Of a stretch of 64,000 nucleotides of DNA, positions 1 through 7,422 are shown in pieces. The stretch covers positions 11,356-75,355 of the forward strand of contig CAYPOX010000001.1 of the NCBI GenBank assembly GCA_964412525.1, given 5' to 3'. Under the pieces are notes generated by a model. It saw only the letters and a list, made by a program, of their open reading frames with translations. It was not told the origin of the DNA and did not search any database. Every line of letters starts with the position of its first letter. The first letter of the stretch is position 1. Source of the stretch: an uncultured Caulobacterales bacterium (GTDB lineage: Bacteria; Pseudomonadota; Alphaproteobacteria; Caulobacterales; CAYPOX01). Both the position numbers and the translations under genes were made by a program.

Positions 1-1
1 C

Positions 2-895
2 CCGACGGCGCGGAACTTTACGCTTGGCGCGGCGGCCGACGCTCAAGCGGTCGCCGACGAATTGGCGGCCCAGGGATTTCGAGCCGGCGTCGACTTTTTT
101 TATGATCCAACCGGGGTGGCGCTGCCAGCCAACCAAATCGAGATCGACGTCGTCGCCGGCCGCTTGGAGGTCGACAATTCGATCAGCTTGCAGCGCAACG
201 TGAACGGCAATCCGGCCGTTCAAGACATCGCGGGCGCCGCGGGCGGTCCGCCAACACCGGAACCGACCCAGTCGGGCCTGTTCGTCGTGAATTTCGGCGG
301 CGTGTTTGATCCATTGGACACAGAGGGTGCGAATGCGAATTTCGGGCCCGATGCGGGAGCGTTGCAGCTGCGGGGTTTGGCCGGCTCCATCGCCGTAAAC
401 CTTCCCCAAATCGACCCGGATGCTGGCGGGAATTTTGAGAACATCCGCAATGGCGTTCAGGCGGACGGGGCGGTTGCGCCTTTCCTGGATTCTCAGGACG
501 CCACCCAGTTGCAATTGTTCGCCGACGCTCTCACCGGCGGCGATGTGAACGGCGTCTTGGCCGATCTCGACTACACGATCGGCGGCACGCTTCAGATCGC
601 GCCGGCAGCGGGGCAAGGCTTCTTCGCCCGGAATTTGCCCGTCTCGGGGACAATGCTGGAATTGGCGGACTCCATCGTGAATGTGCAGCAACTGGAGCGG
701 ACGACCATCCAGGAGACCCAGTTCGAACAACAGGCCTTCGTCGACACGCTGCAGGAGCAGCGTCTGAATGAGAACGGCGTCAATGTGGACGTCGAACTCG
801 CCAATCTGATCGAAATCGAAGAGCTCTTCGCAGCCAATTCGCGCGTCATTCAGACGATCGCGCGTCTGCTCGACGAACTGCTCGCCATTCGCTGA
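2..895 (+). CDS. flgK: Flagellar hook-associated protein 1 (FlgK), C-terminal part; 5' end lies outside the window
   Basis: The frame is open from nt 2, with no stop before the track's TTG at 62. The C-terminus NVDVELANLIEIEELFAANSRVIQTIARLLDELLAI fits the conserved FlgK C-terminal helix. flgL follows directly. Confidence 0.8.
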   Translation, partial: PTARNFTLGAAADAQAVADELAAQGFRAGVDFFYDPTGVALPANQIEIDVVAGRLEVDNSISLQRNVNGNPAVQDIAGAAGGPPTPEPTQSGLFVVNFGGVFDPLDTEGANANFGPDAGALQLRGLAGSIAVNLPQIDPDAGGNFENIRNGVQADGAVAPFLDSQDATQLQLFADALTGGDVNGVLADLDYTIGGTLQIAPAAGQGFFARNLPVSGTMLELADSIVNVQQLERTTIQETQFEQQAFVDTLQEQRLNENGVNVDVELANLIEIEELFAANSRVIQTIARLLDELLAIR

Positions 896-906
896 GGGAC
901 TTGAAT

Positions 907-2802
907 ATGGTTATGAATGTCGCCTCGCTGGTTCTCGCTCAGACATCCCGATCCAACATTCTTGGGTTGCAGCGAGACTTGGTCGACGCCAGCCGAGAGG
1001 TCGCCACGGGCTTCCAATCCGATGTCGCCGACTCGCTTCGCGCCGGCCTCAGCGTGTCGCTGTCCTTGCGCGCCGAGTTTTCCCGCTTGGAGCAGCAACA
1101 GGCGAATATCGAGTTTTTCCAGCAGCGCGCCAACATCACCCAACAGGTGCTGACGGATGTTTCCGGTTCGATCACCGATCTGGCGGCCCTTCTGGCCCCG
1201 GCCGGCGCGGATCCGGACTCGCCTCAGGACGGCTTGTTGGCCGGCACGGCGCTCGACACCCTGAACCGCGTCATCAGCAGCTTGAACACGGGCTTCGCCG
1301 GAGATTTTCTGTTCTCCGGCACGACGACCAACATTCTTCCTTTCCAGAGCCCTCAGGTCGGCAATTCTGCGGCGGGCGGCAATTCACCCTTCAGCATCGT
1401 TGAACAACAGCTGAACGGTTTCATCGCCGATCTGGAAGCTGCGGCCGGCGTCGGGCCAGGTTATGTGTTTGGCAGCGCCTATGAGGTGGAGCGCCTGATC
1501 CAAGGCGACGCGTTCTTCAGCAATGGCGGAGCTGCGCCTTCGGCGGCCGGTTTGGAAGGCTTCAACGCCATTTTCAATGATACGTCGCAAAACGCGGATC
1601 GGCTCTATTCCAACGCGTTCTACAATGGCCGTGAGAGCGCACGCGCAGCCGACGTTCTGTTGGAGATCGAGCAATCAGAGGCTGGCTTGTTGGGCGCTAC
1701 GGCTCCAATCACGGGTCTGCTCGATACGAGCGGAGACGGCGCCGTCACGACGGCGGACGGCGCGGCGGCCACCTTTCCGCCGCTTGATTCGTCACCGACG
1801 GCGCGAAAATTCGCAATGGACACGGACAACATTCAATATGTCCGCGACATCCTCTTGGCGCGTGGATTTATTGAGGGCGTGGATTTTGTCGTGAATGGCG
1901 GTCTGACGGAGATCGACGTTGACTTGAATGCCGAGGCCGCCCGACTCACGACCCGACTGAACGACACGGAAGTGCTGGAATACGGCATTGACGGAGCGGA
2001 ACAGGCGTTTCGCGACATCATGCAAGGCCTCTACATGCTGTCCGTTTATGACCTCAGCCTGTTCACCAATCCGGACGGGACAACCAATGACGCGGCGCGG
2101 CAGCGTTATCTGCTTGGCGAGGCGGCGTCTCCGGCGGGCATTCTTGACGCGATCGGAACAATCGATCCGGCCTTGGACACGAATGGCGACGGACGCCTTC
2201 GCCTTGATGACGCGGGCGTCGCTGAGGTGGGCGCTGACGTCCTCACCTTCGATATCGATACGGGCGGCGGCGCCAACGCGGCGGCGATCGCCGCGCAACT
2301 TCGCGCGCTCGGTTTCATCGAGGGTGACACGGGCGCTGGTTTGGGGGATTTGCCGCCGGGAAGTCCGGGGGTTCCCGCGGGCGGCGTTCGCGCCGATTTT
2401 GAAGCACAAGACGTGAGCTTTGTGCGGAACCCGGATGGTACCGGCGCGACGGCCAACCTTATCCGCGTCAGCGTGCGCGCCGAGGCGGCCCCAGAGGGGA
2501 CAGGTCTCGATCTTGCAAACTCGATCAGTTCACCATTGCCGGGTGCGCTTGGATTTTTAGAACGCGGTCTCGATGCGCTGCTGAACCTGCAAACGACCTT
2601 AGGGTCCCGTCAGGTCCAAGTTCAGGATGAGCTCGACACCAACATTCTCCGGCAGGATCTGATCAACACGACAATTTTGCGTGTGGAAGGCGTTGATCAG
2701 GCCGAGGCCGCGACCCGGCTCAATCTGCTGGAAGCCCAGTTGGAAGCCACCTTTGCGATCACGTCGCGGCTTCAAAGCCTTAGCCTGAGCGATTTCCTCT
2801 AA
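907..2802 (+). CDS. flgL: Flagellar hook-associated protein 3 (FlgL), unusually long at about 631 aa
   Basis: GAGGGA lies 7 nt before the ATG at 907. The N-terminus has a flagellin-like helix (LGLQRDLVDASREVATGFQSDV) and the C-terminus has RLNLLEAQLEATFAITSRLQSLSLSDFL. The gene sits after flgK. Confidence 0.8.
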   Translation: MVMNVASLVLAQTSRSNILGLQRDLVDASREVATGFQSDVADSLRAGLSVSLSLRAEFSRLEQQQANIEFFQQRANITQQVLTDVSGSITDLAALLAPAGADPDSPQDGLLAGTALDTLNRVISSLNTGFAGDFLFSGTTTNILPFQSPQVGNSAAGGNSPFSIVEQQLNGFIADLEAAAGVGPGYVFGSAYEVERLIQGDAFFSNGGAAPSAAGLEGFNAIFNDTSQNADRLYSNAFYNGRESARAADVLLEIEQSEAGLLGATAPITGLLDTSGDGAVTTADGAAATFPPLDSSPTARKFAMDTDNIQYVRDILLARGFIEGVDFVVNGGLTEIDVDLNAEAARLTTRLNDTEVLEYGIDGAEQAFRDIMQGLYMLSVYDLSLFTNPDGTTNDAARQRYLLGEAASPAGILDAIGTIDPALDTNGDGRLRLDDAGVAEVGADVLTFDIDTGGGANAAAIAAQLRALGFIEGDTGAGLGDLPPGSPGVPAGGVRADFEAQDVSFVRNPDGTGATANLIRVSVRAEAAPEGTGLDLANSISSPLPGALGFLERGLDALLNLQTTLGSRQVQVQDELDTNILRQDLINTTILRVEGVDQAEAATRLNLLEAQLEATFAITSRLQSLSLSDFL

Positions 2803-2814
2803 GTGAAAAGACAG

Positions 2815-2847
2815 GGGCCGCGCGGCAATCGTGCGCGGTCCTTTCTT
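2815..2847 (+). terminator. Rho-independent terminator after flgL
   Basis: The stem is GGGCCGCGC / GCGCGGTCC (9 bp, one G-U pair) with a 9-nt loop, followed by TTTCTT. Confidence 0.6.
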
Positions 2848-2864
2848 CACTCCGTTAGAGCTTG

Positions 2865-3596
2865 CTAAGCGGCTGTCGCGTCGGCGATATCGTCTGACGC
2901 GCCGTCGGACGTGGCCTCAACCGGCTCATCGAGCTTGTACCCGCGACCATATACGGTCTCAATATACTGGGCGCCCGCGGTGGCATTGGCGATCTTTTTG
3001 CGAAGCTTGCAGATGTAAACGTCAATTACCTTGTCGAAGGGTTGCGAATCCATCATGCCGTAAACGGCTTCATACACGGAATTCTTCGACACGACCTTGC
3101 CCGCTTGCAACGCCAAATGGGTGAAAATGGCGTGCTCGCGGTGAGAGAGTTTCAGGCGCCGGCCATCCACCTCCGGATCGCGACCGTCGAAATAGACCGT
3201 GAGGCGACCGATCCGCAGACTGGCCGTCACATGGCCGTGGCCGCGGCGGCGAATGGCCTGGATCCGGGCGACCGCTTCGCCAGGATTGATCGGTTTGACC
3301 AAAGCGTCGTCAGCCCCGGAACCCAGAAGCCGGATCACGTCGTCCGAAGACCGAAGATCCAAAAGAGCCAAAATCGGACCACGGAACTCCTCGCCGCGCA
3401 GTCGCTCCACGAATCGCGATTGATCCGCCACGCCGCCGACCAGCACCGCGCATTCTCCACCCGCTTCGCTCTGGCGCGACAACACCGCATCAATGTCCGC
3501 CTCGGACAGCGGCTCGCAACGAACCTTGCTCCGGGCGAGGGCCTTAGAAAGCGCGTCAAAGACGCTGTCTCGCGGTTCGGCCAATAAAACACGCAT
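2865..3596 (-). CDS. OmpR-family, CtrA/FtcR-like winged-helix regulator with a degenerate receiver domain
   Basis: The C-terminus KVIDVYICKLRKKI...IETVYGRGYKL resembles the CtrA DNA-binding domain as I recall it. The N-terminus MRVLLAEPRDS and the strand CAVLVGGVADQ lack the usual acidic pair and phospho-Asp. The gene is divergent from flgI. Confidence 0.75.
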   Translation of the reverse strand: MRVLLAEPRDSVFDALSKALARSKVRCEPLSEADIDAVLSRQSEAGGECAVLVGGVADQSRFVERLRGEEFRGPILALLDLRSSDDVIRLLGSGADDALVKPINPGEAVARIQAIRRRGHGHVTASLRIGRLTVYFDGRDPEVDGRRLKLSHREHAIFTHLALQAGKVVSKNSVYEAVYGMMDSQPFDKVIDVYICKLRKKIANATAGAQYIETVYGRGYKLDEPVEATSDGASDDIADATAA

Positions 3597-3615
3597 GAAG
3601 ACCCCCAGCGGTTTT

Positions 3616-3678
3616 GATTTTACGACAATACGACTGAACGCGAAAACGGTTGCCGATCCGTTACGATTTTACGACAAT
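3616..3678. promoter_or_regulatory. Two perfect 14-bp direct repeats, GATTTTACGACAAT, in the regulator/flgI divergent intergenic region
   Basis: The copies are at 3616-3629 and 3665-3678, spaced 49 bp start to start. They are AT-rich within GC-rich DNA. Confidence 0.6.
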
Positions 3679-3697
3679 CTGACGACGGCGCGCTGTG

Positions 3698-3744
3698 GCG
3701 TAGACACCTCTGTAAAGTCACCTTAACCTCGAATGCGTAGACAC
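3698..3744. promoter_or_regulatory. Two perfect 10-bp direct repeats, GCGTAGACAC, just upstream of flgI
   Basis: The copies are at 3698-3707 and 3735-3744, spaced 37 bp. The second ends 25 nt before the flgI ATG. Confidence 0.5.
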
Positions 3745-3769
3745 GCAAAACGCAAGCTTGAGGGTTTTC

Positions 3770-4888
3770 ATGGCGCGACACCTATTGGTCCTCCTCGCAT
3801 TCGCGGCCTTCTGCTTCGGGTCGCAAGCGCAGGCGCAGGCGCGCATCAAGGATTTGGTCTCGGTCGAAGGCGTCCGCGGCAACATCCTTGTGGGCTACGG
3901 TCTCGTTGTGGGCTTGAATGGCACGGGCGACCGTTTGAACAACGTCCAGTTCACCGAGGAAAGCATTCAATCCGCGTTGGATCGACTCGGCGTCACCTAT
4001 CGCGACAACGTCCAGCTCCGGACCCGGAACGCGGCCGCGGTCATGGTCACCGCCACGCTGCCGCCTTTCGCGCGCTCCGGCGAAACCATCGACGTCAATG
4101 TCGGCGCGCTTGGCGACGCGCGCGATCTTCGTGGCGGGCAACTTTTGGCGACGTCGTTGGTCGGGGCCAATCAACAGACCTACGCCGTCGCCCAGGGCAG
4201 CCTCGTCACGGGCGCTTTCGCGGCCCAGGGCCAAGGAGCCAGCGTCACCCAGGGCGTACCGACCGCCGGCCGAATCCCGAACGGCGCCATCATAGAACGT
4301 GAGGTGGATTTCGAGTTGGACGAACTGCCGATCATTCAGTTGAGCCTGCGGAACGCTGATTTCACAACCGCCGTTCGGATTGAGGACGCCATCAATGCGC
4401 GGATGGGGCGCGGGGTGGCCGTGGCGATTGATCCGGGAACCGTCGAAACCGTCGTGCCGGACGATTATCGCCGCCGTGGCGGCGCTGTCCGGTTTCTGGC
4501 TCAAGTCGAGAACATCGAAGTTCTGCCGGACGGCGTGGCGCGCGTGGTGATTGACGAGCGCACGGGCACGATCGTGATCGGCGAGGCCGTGCGCGTGAGC
4601 CGCGTGGCGGTGGCGCAGGGCAACATTACAATCCAGGTGACGGAGACGCCGCAAGTTTCTCAACCGGGCCCCTTCGCTCAGCAGGGTCAGACGGTTGTCG
4701 TTCCGCGCACGGACGTGCAAGTCGATGAGGGCGAGGACGGACGGTTCCAAATCATCGGCGACGCGGTCACGCTTCAGGAATTGATCAACGGCTTGAACGC
4801 CTTGGGCGTCGGGCCGCGGGACATCATTTCGATCCTTGACGCCGTGAAAAGTTCCGGCGCGCTGCACGCGGAGCTCGTGATTCAATGA
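3770..4888 (+). CDS. flgI: Flagellar P-ring protein FlgI
   Basis: A signal peptide (ARHLLVLLAFAAFCFGSQAQA) is followed by RIKDLVSVEGVRGNILVGYGLVVGLNGTGD. GAGGG lies 5 nt before the ATG at 3770. Confidence 0.95.
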   Translation: MARHLLVLLAFAAFCFGSQAQAQARIKDLVSVEGVRGNILVGYGLVVGLNGTGDRLNNVQFTEESIQSALDRLGVTYRDNVQLRTRNAAAVMVTATLPPFARSGETIDVNVGALGDARDLRGGQLLATSLVGANQQTYAVAQGSLVTGAFAAQGQGASVTQGVPTAGRIPNGAIIEREVDFELDELPIIQLSLRNADFTTAVRIEDAINARMGRGVAVAIDPGTVETVVPDDYRRRGGAVRFLAQVENIEVLPDGVARVVIDERTGTIVIGEAVRVSRVAVAQGNITIQVTETPQVSQPGPFAQQGQTVVVPRTDVQVDEGEDGRFQIIGDAVTLQELINGLNALGVGPRDIISILDAVKSSGALHAELVIQ

Positions 4889-5247
4889 ATGACGCCGCAC
4901 TTCCGTCTGAAGCGGTTCGTCTTTTGGATGTGGCGACACGCATCGACCGGCTCGAGAGAATGAAACGGCTCGAGGCGTTGAACGGACCCGATCGCGCCCA
5001 AGCGGCCCGCGACGCCGCGCGCGACTTTGAAGCGATGTTCGCCAATCAGATGTTGCAAGGCATGTTCCATGGCGTGGGCGAGGACGCCCTGTTCGGCGGC
5101 GGGCACGCTGCGGAGATCTGGAAAGACTTCTTGATCGAGCAGTACGCCGAAGCGATCGCCGAACGCGAAGCGTTCGGCGTGGCGGACATGATTTATGAGG
5201 GTGCGTTGTCGGCCTATGCGCAGACGGCGAACGGCGCAGTGGAGTGA
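4885..5247 (+). CDS. Rod-binding protein (FlgJ N-terminal-domain-like / CheL-like)
   Basis: It carries ARDFEAMFANQMLQGMF and FGGGHAAEIWKDFLIEQYAEAIA, which fit the rod-binding domain. Its start overlaps the flgI stop as ATGA. Confidence 0.75.
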   Translation: MNDAALPSEAVRLLDVATRIDRLERMKRLEALNGPDRAQAARDAARDFEAMFANQMLQGMFHGVGEDALFGGGHAAEIWKDFLIEQYAEAIAEREAFGVADMIYEGALSAYAQTANGAVE

Positions 5248-5696
5248 TGGCTTCGGACAGCTCGCCGCTCTATGATGACGGCGAAGCGGCCTCCGCTTTC
5301 GTCGAACTGCTGGACGCGCTCGACGCGCTCAGCGAAGCCTTCGAACTCGAAAACGCGACCATACCAACCGCGGACGTCGCAGCGCTCCAAGAGGCTGCGG
5401 CGTTGAAACAGGAACGCGTCTTTGCGCTGGAGCGCGCACGGGAGGCTTTCCACGCGATGTCGGAGCGCTTGTCCGAAGACGAACGCGGATTGATTGCGGC
5501 GAGAGCGCGCCGCCTCCAAGACGTGCTGGAACGCAATGTTCGCCTGACCCGCGGCGCGCAACGGGCCGTGACCTCGATCACCTCCGTCATCCGGCGCGCG
5601 ATCCAGCGAGACGAATCGGCCGGCCTGTACAGCCGAGACGGCGAGACGGAGCCGCCCGTCGGCGGCGGCGCGCCGAGAGTCGACGCCAAGCTTTGA
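5244..5696 (+). CDS. Hypothetical helical protein, possibly a FlgN-like flagellar export chaperone
   Basis: It is 150 aa, acidic and helical (FVELLDALDALSEAFELENATI...LKQERVFALERAREAF). It overlaps the upstream gene by 4 nt. Assignment is by position and composition only. Confidence 0.4.
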   Translation: MMASDSSPLYDDGEAASAFVELLDALDALSEAFELENATIPTADVAALQEAAALKQERVFALERAREAFHAMSERLSEDERGLIAARARRLQDVLERNVRLTRGAQRAVTSITSVIRRAIQRDESAGLYSRDGETEPPVGGGAPRVDAKL

Positions 5697-5733
5697 TTTC
5701 TTAATATTGCCCACTTCGCGAGGGGACTGATCC

Positions 5734-7293
5734 ATGGGCCAGTGGACAGGCGATTACGTCGTCGACATCGATTATTCAGCGAGCATGTATGAGTGGGTCA
5801 CGCCGCTTCGCATGCATACCCAGTTTCGGCTGGCATACTCCCAGAACGCGCCGGACCCGTTTCGGCCTGGACTTCAAATCGCGGACCTCGCATGCGGGAT
5901 GGGCGTCCACGCATGCATGCTCGCCGCGTGCTATCCGAACGCGCGCGTCTTCGCGTGCGACATCAACCCGCTCCATGTGGCCAACGCGATCGAACTCGCA
6001 CGGGACGCGGAGCTGACCAATATTGATATTGAGCTCGCAAGTTTCGCGGAGATCGCCAATAGAAAAGAAGATTTCCAGAGGCGTTTTGATTATACTTTTT
6101 TGCACGGAGTCTACTCATGGGTCAAAGATAGCATTCGAGAAGATCTTCACAATTTTATAGATTTTGCAATAGCGCCTGGAGGTCTTGTCTATCTTAATTA
6201 TGAATGCTTGCCTGGCGCCGCGGAAGTTGGCGTTTTGAACCGACTATACTCAGAGATCGTGGCCCAGTCGCGTATCGACGCTGGGGCTGATTTGGGCCAA
6301 GACAACGACTTGCTCGATCAATTGGTGGAAACTGGGGCCGGTTACTTTAACAGACTGAAAACCTCAGGCTCGTTCAACGGTTTTAAGAAGGCGACGCCAA
6401 ACTACAGGCTTCATGCGTTTGCGTCGGGCGAAGGGCTGCCGCTTTACTCCTCAAGCGTTATCCGACGGTTCGCGGCGAACGGACTGGCCTATATCGGCGG
6501 CGCAGAGCCCTTGCATGTTCTTGGAGAGTCTTACATCCCGCCGGCGCTCTCTGGCTTGTTGAAGCGGATCCGCGATCGCGCGGCGCGTGAAACCTTCTAC
6601 GACGCTATGACCAATTATGGGGGACGCGGCGACATTTTTGCATTGGGTTCGCGGCCGCTGAACAAAAACCGGATTCGTACGTGGTTCGGCCAACAACGAT
6701 TTATGGCGCGTATGGATACGATCCCCGACCCGCTCACGATCCGGTCGCCATTTGGTGCGCTGAACGTTCAAAACGAACTGTCCGTCACCCTCCATCGAAT
6801 TCTCCGAAACGGTCCGGCGCGGGTCCATGATTTGGCCCAAGCGCTCAACCTGTCCACCAACGATCCGAAACTTCTCAATGCGGTTCGCGTCGGCTATGCG
6901 TCTGGAATCATTGAGGCGGCGGCGGACGAGAAACATGTCGACGCCGCGACGGAGCCGGTCCGTCGGTTCAACCGCGTGCTGGCGGATCGTGTGGCGAACG
7001 GCCATCCGGTGTCCAGTCTCGCAAGCCCTGTGACTGCGACGGCGTCGCCGATGACGCTCGGCGACGTGACAGCGATCGTTTTGGACAGCAGTCACACGCC
7101 ATTGTCGGACAAAACGGTGACGCACGGCTTGCGCCAATTGATTAAGCGGGGCGGCCGAGATCCCGACCAGGTCTTTGACGGCTTTTCTGAAATGGTGCGC
7201 AACAGCGTGGAACGCTATGTGACCGACGGCCATGCGACGCGCTTGACGCGCCTCGGAGTCCTCGCGCCAAATTCGATTTCAACGAACGGATGA
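5734..7293 (+). CDS. Class I SAM-dependent methyltransferase with a long C-terminal (regulatory-type) domain
   Basis: It has the SAM motif I IADLACGMGVHACMLAACYPNARVFACDINP, then FDYTFLHGVYSWV and GGLVYLNYE. The remaining 300-odd residues are uncharacterised. It is the last gene before flagellin. Confidence 0.7.
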   Translation: MGQWTGDYVVDIDYSASMYEWVTPLRMHTQFRLAYSQNAPDPFRPGLQIADLACGMGVHACMLAACYPNARVFACDINPLHVANAIELARDAELTNIDIELASFAEIANRKEDFQRRFDYTFLHGVYSWVKDSIREDLHNFIDFAIAPGGLVYLNYECLPGAAEVGVLNRLYSEIVAQSRIDAGADLGQDNDLLDQLVETGAGYFNRLKTSGSFNGFKKATPNYRLHAFASGEGLPLYSSSVIRRFAANGLAYIGGAEPLHVLGESYIPPALSGLLKRIRDRAARETFYDAMTNYGGRGDIFALGSRPLNKNRIRTWFGQQRFMARMDTIPDPLTIRSPFGALNVQNELSVTLHRILRNGPARVHDLAQALNLSTNDPKLLNAVRVGYASGIIEAAADEKHVDAATEPVRRFNRVLADRVANGHPVSSLASPVTATASPMTLGDVTAIVLDSSHTPLSDKTVTHGLRQLIKRGGRDPDQVFDGFSEMVRNSVERYVTDGHATRLTRLGVLAPNSISTNG

Positions 7294-7299
7294 AAGAAT

Positions 7300-7311
7300 C
7301 GCTTTTACGCG
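7300..7311 (+). promoter_or_regulatory. 12-mer CGCTTTTACGCG upstream of the flagellin gene; shared with the fliI/flgB intergenic region
   Basis: The identical 12-mer occurs as its reverse complement at 11828-11839. The TTTTACG core also appears in the 14-bp repeats at 3616 and 3665. Confidence 0.45.
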
Positions 7312-7422
7312 GTTTTAAGTCGACCATGAGACCTTCCGCCAGCGTTTTCCAGGGTAAGCTTGGGGACGCGCGGCGTCAGAAGGCGCTTGTTCAACTCACC
7401 CAGAATCAAGGGAGCACGACAC

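Noticed and set aside
3782-4939. A 385-aa ORF antisense to flgI, together with similar long antisense ORFs at 14696-15832, 19675-20790, 22559-23896, 36124-36807, 38744-40048, 49896-51347, 52062-53279, 59780-60724 and 61041-62408
   Set aside because: Each lies opposite a confidently identified gene: flgI, flhA, fliM, fliF/fliH, the receptor, the hydroxylase and kinase, P450, dapE, the oxidoreductase and the kinase. Each has Arg/His/Pro-rich compositions with no recognisable domains.
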